Below, in pieces: positions 36,900 to 49,892 of a stretch of 64,000 nt of DNA. Made by a program: the position numbers and the translations under genes. The stretch is from assembly GCF_018977255.1 (NCBI RefSeq), contig NW_024704743.1:35032001-35096000 (forward strand), written 5' to 3'. Numbering within the stretch: position 1 is the first letter of the stretch; the number at the start of each line of letters is the position of its first letter. The stretch comes from Callorhinchus milii. Taxonomy: Eukaryota. The notes beneath the pieces are model-generated. The model had not been told where the DNA came from. It did not search any database and was given only the letters and a program-made list of their open reading frames with translations.

Positions 36900-38956
36900 G
36901 TAAGTCACCATTGGTTCCTGATGTACTTGGCTGTTTGTATGTTCCCAAAATAGTGAGCAGAGTTTAAATAATTTGTTCTGCATTCCAGTAGGTTTACTGA
37001 AATGGAATAGAAAAATCTTTGACGATTAAGTCACAGTTACCCATAAGTGGAAATGGGATGTGCCAACCCACAGAACCTCTGCTCTGGTGTGATGCATTTC
37101 CATTTACCAGCAATAATTCCTTTGTGCAGGTGTGGCTCATTTCTGGTTACCAGTGGGAGCCCATTCCCTAATAGCCTTTATTTCTTAATAATAAATATTT
37201 ACATCTTACAAAATAAATAAGTGTTTTCTTCAGCAAACCTAATGTTTTCAAAATATGATTGTTTACCTTTCTAGAGAAACTGTTGGGAAATACTGTAATA
37301 TTGACCCACACTAGCTGCAAAAATTGGAGAACTGTTCATTACCAAGCATTGATGATAACTTTAAACTTGATGAGCGTAAAAACACACTAAAAAGTCGATC
37401 ACCCGTGAGTTTTGTGTCCAGAGAGTTGAGAACAAAGGACTGTACTTGGATTGAAATGGGAATCGCAGTTTTTAATATTTAGGAACAGCACTTTTTTTTG
37501 TCAGCCGAGTGAATGACACATGCAGAAATCCATCACCGTGTTTAAGAGTATCCAAACCAAGCTGAGATTTGCATGCATCCACCTATACATAGAAATCCCA
37601 GAGATAAATTGTTGGAATGAAATGAACCTGGAGGGACTCATCCTGTTTACCTAATTCCGGAAAATATTAGGTACAGGTTGGCAAGAGCCAAGGTTTGCGG
37701 ACCCCAGAGTGTGTGTTGTGGTACTGCTGGAGTCTAACTAGCTGAAACTGCATAGCTTGTCATTGCTTTTACAAGAGGGAACACAAAGAGTAAAAAAAAA
37801 TCTTAGTACTAATGGTCATTGATCATTAGAGAACACATTAGCTGACAGCTCCCTGAGGTGCAAACAGTTGTAGGTTTGAATCCTGGGTAGTGCTGAGCTT
37901 AACTGGGACTACAATTTTATTCTCAGTGCCCTAGAGCTAGATATTTCTGCTTCTGATTATTTTTTCAGGGACCTTCAGCACGTGTATATGTGTGTGTGTG
38001 TGTGTGTTACATATTGGGGAAAAAGGCTTGATTATGTTGCTATCACGCCCCCACTCCCCATCTCATTTCCTGTATACACACACACACATTCAAAACAGCA
38101 GGTATCTGGACCTCAAATAGAGAAGCATTAACACTGAAAGAGATTGGAGGAGAGTTTAAATAAAAATTGGGGGAAAAGAATGTTATCGTTATAGGAAGCT
38201 CAGGGCACTGGAAATGAACCCCTGAATGGTGGGCAACAGAGGTTGTTTAGACATTTCTGTGTGTGTGGGTGGGGGTTGGTGATATCTCCATTCTCCTTTC
38301 TGAAAGGTGTTGCCATTTGCTAGGACATAGCTCACAAGTGCCATCACTGCTTTGGGACCTCACATTGTGTGTGCTTGCACAGTGAGTTCATTTCTGGAGG
38401 GAATTACCATCATCACATTTGACATACATCATTTATCAGTAATTGGAAATCGTATCAATTGTAGCATTCTACCGCTGCCCCAGTTGAGATCAGCTTACTC
38501 AGCACAGATGGGAAATTCTGGCACCACGGTCCAAATCCAATCTAGAGTTGTAGTTTAAAAATCATCTCTCAATAGTGCCTATAGGTGACCACAATGAAAT
38601 GGAAAATTGCATGCAATATAGGAGGAGAATGCTTTTTTGATGTGAGTGAACTAATGCACATTTTGGGGAAGGTTTCAATTGTGTATCTATCTGTCACATA
38701 CAAGGATCACAAAAGCTCAGTGGAAGATAAAAAAACTAAGTTACTAAAGGGGACAACTTTTCCAATGAGAAGGAGAAGAACCCTTCAGATTATCTTCATG
38801 GGTTGAATTATTGAACCACATAATTTAATGTAGATGATGAGAAGCTCCCATGAAGTTAAAACAAAGTGGAAAACCTTGGATATTAATAGTAAAGCAATAC
38901 TTTTTGTGTTTTCTCTTGGGTAGCGCGTGCTAAGTGGAGTCTTGTATGTCTTGCAG

Positions 38957-39100
38957 GCAAATGAAATGCTCTTCAGTGGACGAAAGTTGACTGCACAGGA
39001 AGCATGTGCAAAAGGATTGGTGTCGCAGGTTTTCTGGCCTGGAACATTCAGTCAGGAGGTTATGGTCCGAATTAAGGAACTGGTCATGTGCAATTCCCTT
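38957..39100 (+). CDS. CDYL: CDYL coding exon
   Basis: ttgcag|GCA acceptor, CTT|gtaagt donor. ANEMLFSGRKLTAQEACAKGLVSQVFWPGTFSQEVMVRIKELVMCNSL. Confidence 0.96.
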
Positions 39101-39399
39101 GTAAGTCAGAATCTATAATGTTCACTTACTCCACAATGTGCCCATCTTTAGGAATCCACAGTAAAGTGCAGTATTTCAAAATAGAATTTGTGGTGGGTCA
39201 AAATTTCATTTGTAAGGATTATATATTTTATACTTTCCCTTTTAAAATGTTAATCTAAAATACAAAGTATGGTACTATGCATTTATTAAGTATGCATATT
39301 GTAGTTAGTTTACCTACAAAATAGTCACTGCACATTACAGTAAATCCTGTGAAGTGCTTTGAGTATTCAATGTGAAAGGCACTATATGAAACAGCATGC

Positions 39400-39752
39400 A
39401 GTTCCATAGTGTAGTGGATAGTGTACTTACCTTGGATGCGAGAGAGCCTGGGTTCAATTCCCGAGGCGGGGCAATACCTTAGACAAGCTTCCTTACTCCA
39501 CACACCTGTTTACTTGGCAGTAAGTAGGAACCGGTTGTTAAGTTGATTGGCAGATCGCTTTCCTGACATGTAATTCACCTCCCCCCACCCCCAAATAAAT
39601 TTTGTCACTCAATCCATGACTGTTTGTGAAATACAGCTGTGTGCAATTAAGCCCACAGAGTCAATTTACTTTACAATATATTCTGTGAAGTGCTTTGAGG
39701 TGACTCAATGATGTGATAAGTGCTATATCAACTGCAAGGATTATTATTGTTA
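39400..39752 (+). mobile_element. tRNA-derived SINE, older subfamily with extra internal segment
   Basis: tRNA-like head, extra ~60 nt (ctgtttacttggcagtaagtaggaacc...gatcgctttcc), same tail. Confidence 0.85.
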
Positions 39753-40696
39753 TTATTATAAATACAAGGATTGTCGTTATAAGTACAAGGATTGTTATTT
39801 TTAAAAGGATTGCTGATGCATATAATATTCAACTTTTATCAACGACAGTATTGATAATGCTACACCTGATTGCTTTTCCATTAATAATAATCCCCTGTAC
39901 TCGGAGATCAGAAGTTTCCCACTGTTTCAAAACCATGCACCCCAAGCGTGTATGAGAGGAACCCCAGTGCAGCAGCAGCCTGATTTTAATGAAAGGAAAA
40001 GCAGAATAATTTACAAAAACATTGTGCTGTTGTACCATAAATACAGGAATATTAAAACTTTATTCTATGAAGTAATTAGAAATTCAGTTTGGTGCTTTCA
40101 ATGAAATGCACCCAAATCAAATCCACCCGAACCAAATTGCCCTGTTTTTTCCTCAAATTTTCTTGGGAACCTTGCAGGTCACTACACAATTTGCATTTCC
40201 TTTTGACCAGGGTACACCCAAAATGGAATATCATACTTACATATGATACTTCATCCAGCAGCTCACTCAAGAACTGACTTAAATTTGAAATCAAAGCTAA
40301 TGTTTGATGAATTTTCAGCTTTTTGGGTTGGGAATCGAGGCATCAACCTATTAAGCATTTCATGATTCGCTGTCTGAGTGTCACTTTTAAGTTATGGACT
40401 TCAAACTTTGCTTCATATTTGAGGCTGACTTGCAGTGTACTTGTCTGGCAAGTTTTCCTGCTGCTTGTCCAGCTAGGACAGCCCTACCTGTTACAGCATT
40501 GTCTTGCAGCGTTAACAGGAGTTGAGTGGGAGGATTCCCTGTCCCCAGTGACTGGTCTGATATCTTAGTAATCAAGAGACTTTAACTCGGGCCGAGTCTT
40601 CAGTGCTATTGAGTGGTATGTGTGTACCCGAGTCCTCTGTGCCTCTGATAAAATGCTACTTTAGTCCTGAATAGAATCTCTTTTTGCATTGTACAG

Positions 40697-40855
40697 GTAC
40701 TTGAAGAATCCAAAGCTCTTGTTAGAAATGCAATGAGGGGTGATTTGGAGCAAACAAATGAAAAGGAGTGTGATGTTCTGAGGAAAATCTGGAGCTCTTC
40801 TCAGGGGATGGACTCGATGCTGAAATATCTACAGAAGAAAATCGATGAATTCTGA
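40697..40855 (+). CDS. CDYL: CDYL terminal coding exon to stop
   Basis: gtacag|GTA acceptor. VLEESKALVRNAMRGDLEQTNEKECDVLRKIWSSSQGMDSMLKYLQKKIDEF*. The KIDEF C-terminus and RPP40 synteny favour CDYL over CDYL2. Confidence 0.96.
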   Translation, partial: VLEESKALVRNAMRGDLEQTNEKECDVLRKIWSSSQGMDSMLKYLQKKIDEF

Positions 40856-42370
40856 GTATGTGCTTTGTCACTGGAAGATTATTTCTTGATCACTTCGTCC
40901 CTGTTGACTTAACAAATGCCCTGACTTAAAAATAAGGGGGGATGGAGGAAAATCTAGAAAACAAAAGCAGGTCTCATCTGCTCAAGAGCAAAGACTGAAA
41001 AAGTTGTTCCGAAGATCTCATCAAGTACTGTATTTTCAACATTCAGAAAGACCGGAAGCAAACTTAGCCGATAATGATTGGAACTGCACTACCAAACGTT
41101 TCAGTTTCTGCTCATCCAGTCGCTTTTTGTCCTTTGCTATTACTGCACTGTACCGTACTGTGCTTTCCAAATCCAGATGTTTATTATGTATTGTTTGTGA
41201 CAGGGCAGACTGGAAAAACACTCAGCTTGAAAAGATGGAAGGAGAGGAAAAAAACGGGTAAAAAAAAAACAGCCACCTTCTCGCTGCCAGAGATCAGTTG
41301 GCTGGTTTAATTTTATATATAAAAAACTGAAAGGTCAGAAGAATGTGGTTTGGGGGGAGAGGATTTTACATACCTCAAAGAAAAGATCAAAAAGTCTTCG
41401 ATTTCTGACAGTGGACCCAGTATCTAACATAAACCTTTAAAGCTACACATATCCTTTTGAAGAGTCTATCTATATGTACATGTTAAATGTGCTCAGGAGG
41501 TGTGTTTTAAGTGTTTGACCCACTTTCAGACATGTTAGTATATTGTTACCCAGTAAGCATGAAGAACCACTGGCTCTTTGAGAGAGAAAAACTTGCCTTG
41601 CAGTATTAGTGATTCTTTGTGAATCTTATATATTAAAGAAATGCATAAGTTAAGAATTAGTTGTAGTGTTTTAAAGTGTAGGGATTTTTTTCTTTATTTT
41701 TAATCAACTGCAGATGTATACTTCTGTTTCTGGGTGAAAGCGTTAAATTATAGAAAGAGCTTGTGTTTTCTTTGCAGGTTAAAATTGATATATTACACCA
41801 AAAACTGCTTTATGTATTCATAACTATGTATGATTTTTAGACCACTTTAGAAGGGTTTCTTTAATTTAATAAGTTAAATTTTCTATTGGCACACTATACA
41901 ATATAAAACTCCTTCCAAAAACTACCTTAAAACTAGATGGTTTCTTGTGTCAACTTATTTTATGATACACTATATGGTGTTCTTAACAGTACCCCTTGTA
42001 AATAAAATGCTCATTCCTTTTAGGAATGGTTACTAATTCCTGTTTGCAGATATCTGAATGAATATAGATATCTGCATTTGCAATCTTTCTGAATGTATGA
42101 AGAATGGAAATTAAATCTTATTTTTGTACAGTTTATTTGTTTGTACTTAGAAATGATCACCTCCTCTTGCCGGTGGAGAGCTGTACAATGTGTAAATCTG
42201 CCTTTTATTTGGATTGGTACAGTATTTTTGCATCTGTGGGACCTACTTTTGTTCATTAGTTTAAACTATATTATAAACTGTACAATCTGTAAAGTTTTAT
42301 AGATTAATAATTAAAGATTGAGCTGTGAAAAGACCTGGGTAAATAAAACTAATATTTCATACTCAAAACA
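40856..42370 (+). other. CDYL: CDYL 3' UTR (predicted)
   Basis: Repeat-free AU-rich stretch after the stop. AATAAA at 42001-42006 and 42342-42347, ATTAAA at 42310-42315. Repeats resume at ~42430. Confidence 0.7.
42342..42347 (+). terminator. Likely CDYL polyadenylation signal
   Basis: AATAAA at the distal end of the repeat-free UTR, followed by GU/U-rich sequence. Confidence 0.55.
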
Positions 42371-43589
42371 TATGTAGTCAGATAATAGTATTGTGTCCAT
42401 TTACTCTTCATGTTCTTGCTGGCCTGATTGAATTAATAATAATCCTTGCATTTGACATAGCATCTTATCACATCATCGAGATGTCTCAAAACACTTCATA
42501 GGGTAAAGTGGAATGACTGTATTTTGTGGGCAAAAAAATCCTTATAATAATCCTTGTGTTTCACATTATCGAAGTGTCAAAGTACTTTACAGGTTTTTAT
42601 TGTGAAGGGTAGTGACAGTGTATTTGTTTCGAAATAGGGCAGCCAATTGGCCAAGGATCTTTAATGTCCACCTGAACAGGCAGACAGGCCCTTAGTTTAA
42701 TGCCTCATCTGAAAGACGGCACCTCCAGTAATGCATCACGTCCCGGCACCGCATTCGAGTGTCAACTTCTTCTGACTCAAAGATAAGAGTGCTTCCAAAT
42801 GAGCCAAGATTACTTCATTATATAATTACCCATTCTGTCAGTGGACATCTGAGAATCTCTTAAGCTTACACAAATATTTTTTTAGTTAAATAAACCAATT
42901 TAGATGACGTCAGCTGCATCATTTGGCAGCAATCTTGCCTCGAGTCCAAAGCTTGTGGGTTCAATTCCCACATCAGGACTTTGAACTTCGTCTAGACTCA
43001 CAGTCCTGATATCCTGGCCAACAATCTCCGCCTCCTCCCCTCCCCCCCGATAAGAATGGTCATTCACTTCAAGGCTGCTTGTGGGAATTTACTTTCTGAA
43101 AATTGGCTGGTCAGAATCGTAGAAATTTACAGCATAAAGGAAGCCACTTAGCTTATGGAGTCTGCACCAGCTCTAAGAGCAAGGTGTTTAATTCCACCGC
43201 CCTGCTTTACCCCATATCCCTTCAAGGCCCTATCCTTCAAATACCTACACTACAAATTACTCTTGAACAAATTCTGTGAAGTGCTTTGAGATATTCTCCT
43301 GCCACAAAAGGTTTATCAAAGCAAGGATTATTCTACACAACAGAAAATTGCAGGTTCAAATCCTGTTCTGTAATCTGTTGTGTCATGGATTAGAGGACAA
43401 AATGAGGTAAGGTTTCCTATTCTTGATCGCTATCTAGTGACCCAGGCTGGAAGGTGAACATTGACTGGGGGAAGCACTGCACATGGCTTGTGAGGCCTCA
43501 CTTTCTGCCTGGTGACAACTGGTGCCAGGCCTCACCCATAAACAATGACGACTTGAAACAGCATGTACAAGAATCTATAGAAACAAACC

Positions 43590-44638
43590 ATAGTACAACA
43601 ACTTGGGATTTATATAGCACCCTTCGCACAGGGTAGAGTCTTGGGAGCGCTTAAAAGTGGCAGAGCCTGACGCCACGATGGGGAAAGGGAAAGGTGACTA
43701 CGCAGAGTTAAAGGCATGATCTCAAAAGGCCGAGGGATTGAGGGCAAGTTCCAAAGTTTTCGGGGGTTATGGCTGAGAGCACAGCCGGCGAATGTGGAGC
43801 GGGGCGGGGCGGACATGTGAGACACGACTGGAGGTAAGCAAGGTGGTCCTGGTCAGGGACCAGATGTGGGGTAGAAAGGGTGGCTGGGGAGCGAACTTGA
43901 CGCCTCGGTTAGACATAGGTTCAGTAACTCTTAGGGATAAGCCAGAGAGGTTGAGGAGGTCAGAACCGCAGGAAAGAAGACATCGACGGGAGTCGAGGAG
44001 AATGGTTTCTGTCTTGTCAAGATATAACTGCAGGAATTTGCACTCATCTAAGGCTTGATGTCTGACAAGCAAGCTGACAGAACATCGGCGGACCTGGAGT
44101 CAGAACTGGAGGAGTAGATTTGTGTGTCATCCGCATACATTTAGAAGTTGATCCCGCGTCTGCGGATAACATCGCCGAGAGGGAGGGTGTAACTAAGGAA
44201 AAGGGGCCATGGATGGCTTTGGGATATGCCGCAGGTGACCAGGCGGGGCATGGAGGAAAAAACGTTTCTGGAGGTGAAGTGATGGCGGTTGGTTAATAAT
44301 AATAATAATCCTTGCATTTGATGTAGCGCTTTTCACGTCGGGAGGACGTCCCAAAGCGCTTCACAGAACACACTGTAAAGTGAATTGACTGTATATTTGT
44401 GGGTGAACACGGCAGCCAATTGCGCACAGCAATGTCCCACAAACAATCGCAGTTTGAAAATGACCAATTTATTATTGTTTATGGTTTTGGAGGGATTATT
44501 ATTAGGCTCTGTGTGGAGTAAGGAAACTTGCCCAAGGTTTCGCCCTCTGCCTGGAATTTGAACTCAGGTCTCTCGCTTGCAAAGCGAGTGCTCTAACCAT
44601 TGAGCTACAGGACTCAAGAGGGACTTGAACCAAGCGAG
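43590..44638 (-). mobile_element. L2 LINE fragment interrupted by a SINE
   Basis: YADDTQIY-type RT segment at ~44115-44140 and FLQLYLDKTETILL. A SINE occupies 44294-44615, and L2-like sequence resumes briefly after it. Confidence 0.85.
44294..44615 (-). mobile_element. Full-length tRNA-derived SINE nested in an L2
   Basis: Near-identical to 11603-11928. Confidence 0.93.
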
Positions 44639-45947
44639 TCAGAAGGTTGTTGGTTAGGATTTGGAACTCATATAGTTGACACTCCGGGCGTGTGCTGCAT
44701 TGTTAGAGGTGTTATCCTTCAGATGAGATATTAAACCAAAGCCCTCTCTGCCTGTTCTGGTGGTCATTAAAGATCCCATAACTCCTGGCCAATTCCCCTG
44801 AATGAAATTGGTCATTCACTCCATGGCTGTTTGTGGGACATTGCCATACACAAACCGGCTGACTCATTCATCCACAAAATAGTCACCCCATTTTATAGTA
44901 TATCCAGTGAAGCGCTTTGGGACATCCTCCTGATGCAAAAGGCACAACAACTTACAGCACCTTCACATTGATTGTGTCTCAGACTACTTAACAGCGGTAT
45001 GGTTTGACGCCAAGCTGGAAGGGGGTGGGGGGGAGTGACAGTGGAAAGTCTTCAAGTGTGATTTGGAGGGATTGAGTTACAGAGATTTGGGGTATTGTAC
45101 CAAATGCAAGGATTATCATAATACAATTTACATTTATATAGCTCCTTTCAGGTTGTGAGAACATCTCAAAGCACTTGATTTTAATAGAATAGAGCCTCAC
45201 ATTTTGAAGTGGCTATTAACATATCTCCTACAGTATGGTACCAATTAGCTAAGAGCTGATTTGGGAGCTGTGGACAGAAAACCACACGAGACTGGGCAGA
45301 ATATCCAGCCGTAGGTATTTTCTTGGGGGTGTCTTGTTGTTAATGATGTTGACCATGTGTAAAGAAATGTTTGGTAAGGAGGGCATTGAAGGTAAGTAGA
45401 GCAATTGGGATTGAGGAAGCCCAGATAAGAGGACCTCAATATACGTGATTAAAATGTGGCTATCTGAATACCCAAAAAACATTCTGAGACTAGTAGTAAA
45501 TGTGTTGTTGCTTTCCAAACACTGCCTGTTTACAGTAGTTTCTGTGAAGCACTTTGATATGTCTCATAGACGTGAAAAGCGCTATATCAAATGCAAGGAT
45601 TATTATTATTAGTGTTATTATTATATCAAATGCAAGTATTATTATTATTTGATTTTATTTACATTTAATGCCCTCCATACCAAACATTTCTTTACCCGTG
45701 GTCAACATAGCCTGTGAATTAAACCCCACTGCCAAAAATCCATGAACAAGCTGCTTGATTGTTCCATAGTGATGGATGAGGAATGAGAAAGAAAATAACA
45801 AAATGATCCAACAAGACTGCTCCCAATCTGGGATAGTTGTTTCCATGAATCATTCCCTAACTGCTAAGGGTAATAACCTCTGTAAGCTTGGTTTTCAAGT
45901 AACTTTTATAAATCTGATGTTGCAACATACGTGCTGGTGAATAGACT

Positions 45948-45953
45948 TTTATT
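45948..45953 (-). terminator. Candidate RPP40 polyadenylation signal (alternative at 45654-45659)
   Basis: AATAAA on the - strand ~58 nt after the stop; a second one lies ~350 nt downstream, just before a SINE tail. Confidence 0.5.
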
Positions 45954-46010
45954 GAGGTTTTGCAGTTCTTAAATTCTCAACACACCCAAAACTACATTGA
46001 ACTTAAAATA

Positions 46011-46209
46011 CTAAGGAGGGCAGCCACTGTTTGTTCCCACCGCCATTTGCAGCCAATAGTCCTGGTTATTAAATACAACAAAATTGTAGAGGTTCTCTCC
46101 TCCCTTGTGGTATCCATGTTCACATTCTCCCCATGAAACTGGGCTATCTGCAAAGCCATGTACAGTCATAGTAACCCACTGGGTCAACTTGGGCTCATCA
46201 AAATAATGT
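46011..46209 (-). CDS. RPP40: RPP40 exon 8 to stop
   Basis: ttttccag acceptor. (R)HYFDEPKLTQWVTMTVHGFADSPVSWGECEHGYHKGGENLYNFVVFNNQDYWLQMAVGTNSGCPP*. The eight exons sum to 1092 nt (363 aa + stop). Confidence 0.96.
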
Positions 46210-49200
46210 CTGGAAAATAAATCAAAATAATTAGTGATAGTTCAAGGTAGCAGAATCGGGCAGAAAATATATCAAAACACTGAAGGGAAAATAGTCACAG
46301 GGAAAAGCTTGGTGAGTAAGAAACACATTGAAACAATTTGTACCTAATGGAGGCAATTCACCTTGACAAGTCATAACTGCAGTCAGTATCTGTCACATTA
46401 TAGAGAACACCATGTAACTGCCAATGTTTATGGACCATTACACACTACAGTACTCCTCCAACTCGACTAAAACATAAGTGCTCTATTTATTACTGTGGGT
46501 TAAATAACTGGTTTCAAAGAATAAGAGGAAGCTATTTCAGGTCTGCTTCTTAATTTAAAGGAATGCTAATCACCCAAACCAGACTTCTGTACAGTTACTT
46601 TTGAGGCAGCATCAACACCTCAGCATCAAAAGCAAATAGTGAACACAATCACTCTGTTTATGGTCATATCCTTACTAATTAATGGGATTGATATGGTCGT
46701 ACATCAGCTTATCCAGCAGGGGGCGCCCGCAGCTATCGAGCCCTTGAATTTTCAGAGTTGGAATAAACTCAACCTGCTCTTTGCACTGGTTTCTTCCTCA
46801 CCAAAACATTCACATGTTGGTTTAACTGTATAATAGCTGTACAAGTCGTAAGACTGAGTGAAGTTGCCAGGTTGTTCTTGTACTTCTTAGATATTAAATA
46901 AATATGAAGGAACTCAAAAGGCTGGAGTCCGCTTTCTTTCCTCTGTTGGATCGCGGCAGCACATAAACGTGATAGTTCATCCCAAGCCTTTGCAAAGTTT
47001 AATCCCACCTCTAACTTGTGAGATAAGGTTGGACTCCTTACATTCCTACAGGTGGAATCAAGAGCTGCATTGACAAAGATTCAGGTGGTCACAAGCAATT
47101 ATTTTTCAGTGTTTCTAAACTTTCATACATAAGACCCCAGGAGTATACAGAAGCGGGGAAAAAAACACTGAGCTCCATATAAATATTGCATCCACAAATA
47201 AATGTCACCAGTGATCAGATACTGAATGTAGCAAGCAACAGTGAGCTTAGCACAGAAATGGATCCTAGCCAGCAGTGCACTGAAGTTAGTCAATTACAAT
47301 TATAATCAAACCCAGGTCCTCTCACTTGTGAGGCGAACATGTTAACCACTACACAACAGGACTCCACAGTGTATGGCAAATGTATGAAAATTTCTACTTG
47401 TCTGATGGATAATTTGCATTCTCTTCCCAGAGGGACCCACACTGCTTAACAAATCCTGAAGAGGTTAGGTACGAGCCAAGGCTTGCAGAAAACTGAATGC
47501 ATATTGGGGTACTAATGGAGTTTGACAGCTAACATTGCACAGCTTGCTGACTGCTACTTTTCCAGCTAGGACCACCTTATTCACTGGGGCTTCGGCAGCA
47601 GAATGAAAGACTCCTTCTTTTGTTGGCTTCAAGAGTCCCACAAAAAGGTTGAGCCGTCGACCCACTCGCCCGCCCCCCCCCCACCCCCCCAATCAAAAAT
47701 CAGCACCACATGGTCAGGTTACATTGGGAGACATAGACAGACAGTGCAGGAAACAGCAACATCACAACAGCGCACTTATGGGACAGGAGTCATTTGTAGC
47801 ACTTTTCACTTGTGTATCTAACCCACTTGAGGAATTCAAAAAGTAAATAAATGTCCCGGCACTGATCTTCCACCCCCTAAAGGAGCATTAAAAAAAACAT
47901 ATATTTTTTAAAAAGCCTAGTTTAAAGACACGTACATTAGGGGTGAGATTTTTTAATTTTTTTCTTTGCTCACTGAACATGCGATACAACACATTTTGAT
48001 GGTAACTGGATTGGAACGTCCTCCTGATGTGAAAGGCGCAATATGAACATACTTTGGTGTAGTTATTATTATTATTGCCCCGGGCCTCTTCACACAATGG
48101 GGTCAGACAAAACCGAAACACAAGCTATTTGGCCCATCTACACTAAAGCTTTTTGCTCCTATCCCCTTTCCCTGCTATTAAAGGAAAAATATTACCCTTT
48201 AATTATTTCACTTCATGTATTTATCCAATTTGCATTTAAGTGCTGTTATGGACTTGCCTTCAACAGGCATTTTGGATAAAGCATTGCACATTCTCTCAAT
48301 GGTAAAAGAAATTCCAAATGTATCCCTTTCTTCCTCCAGTGATGAGCCTCAATGTATATCCTATTACTGACTCTGATCAGTGAAAATACTCTCTTTATTC
48401 AAACTGTCAAAACCATTCAGAATTTAGAAAAAAACCATTAACTTTCTCTGCTCCACCAAATAGTCCCAACATTGCAAGTCTCTCCAAATAACTTTAATCT
48501 GTCCAAACAATGACCACAAACTGCACTGTCCTCAATACAAGCTAAAAATATCTGATAGAATGTTTTCCTTCTCTCTCCCCTTAATATATTCTACAGGAGT
48601 ACATTTCGCACAAATGCCCCAAGAAAATGGCGTCCCCGCCATTATTTCTTAAGCCAGGATCAGCACAGTCTCAGCTGTCTAACAGGTTGCTGCACTGATA
48701 GAGACTCGCATATAAGCCCATAAAACAAGCTTGCGTGTCTGTGGGACCCTTGTGCAGACAGCCTGAACAGCAATGACTCAAAATCTCATTTTGATTGTAT
48801 TTTATAAATGTCCACTTTAACCCCCTTACACAAGTAGTGCATCTTCATTAACAGACATATCTGAATGCTCAGTTTCAAGTAAATAATCCAGCCACTTCAA
48901 AACCATTTATTTTGCACTCAACCGTTCTAGGACGATTAGCCTGATAGGGCATCGTGCTGTGTGTGTAATTTCATACACATTCCCATCAATCAGGCAGTGG
49001 ATAAGAATCCAAGCTTCCTGATGGATTGGAAAGCAGTGCTTTTGTAGCAGGGCTATTTGGATTGTTCAAGCAAAAACCCCTCAACCCACCCCCAACCCAT
49101 AAATAACACATTTAATCACCAACAGAAAACTAGAGCGAGACACCTCATGTGATTATAAAGAGCACGAAGCTTAAATACAGCACTAATAAGACCCACATAA

Positions 49201-49479
49201 AACACCCTGCACAAACATTAGCAATAAATATTAATAGAAATCACTGGATGATTAAGCCTGAATTCACAGCTGACTGTGGGAACATGTTGTGCACAAACTG
49301 GCTGCCGCATTATAAATACACAGCCATTACTGACCAATTACCAGTGAAGATCTTCGAGATGTTTCGACATTACAGGGCTGTTACAAATGCAATGATTATT
49401 TTTGCTAAAGTTGTCTGATTTACTTGATTACCCAATGCTCACATCTTTTGGCCCTTTCCACTTTCCTCCTTTTTTAACC

Positions 49480-49745
49480 CGTTGCTGGGGTTACGAGTTC
49501 ACATTGACAGAAACCCTCTTCAACCTTCCTCCAGTGGATATTCTTCATGTATAAACATTGTCCCCTAGACAGTGAGTATCGACTTCTAATTCAATCATGG
49601 GGGAACATCACAGCCGAGCCTGAACCTGTCCTCACTGGACATCTGCACACAACAGCAGGATCTAGATATTGCCCTCAGTTGGGGATCACTGAAGTCAGCT
49701 GCAATGCCCTCACACCAGTAAGCTCTGCACACACCAGAGATTGAA
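49480..49745 (-). mobile_element. Old dispersed SINE-like repeat, tentatively AmnSINE2-related. Relatives at ~5790-6030, 37870-38120, 43350-43560, 52100-52240, 53330-53560, 56450-56590
   Basis: Recurrent degenerate motifs (gctgagttagctgatctcag; ttcctattcttgatcgctatctagtgacc; tagtctcacacatgaaga) shared among the copies. The family name is from memory. Confidence 0.45.
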
Positions 49746-49757
49746 TCGGGCACTTAC

Positions 49758-49892
49758 CGGAGCTGTTCCAGTAGCTGGTTTATTCTTTGAGGGAGGATGA
49801 AGCCAGTGACGGTACAGAGACATGCCTTTTCCAGGACTGTGTTAGGCTCAGGCGAGCAGTAGGTCGAGAGGAAGCTGTCTGCTTGGTTTTTG
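49758..49892 (-). CDS. RPP40: RPP40 exon 7
   Basis: ccaacag acceptor, CG|gtaagt donor. (C)KNQADSFLSTYCSPEPNTVLEKACLCTVTGFILPQRINQLLEQL(R). Confidence 0.95.
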
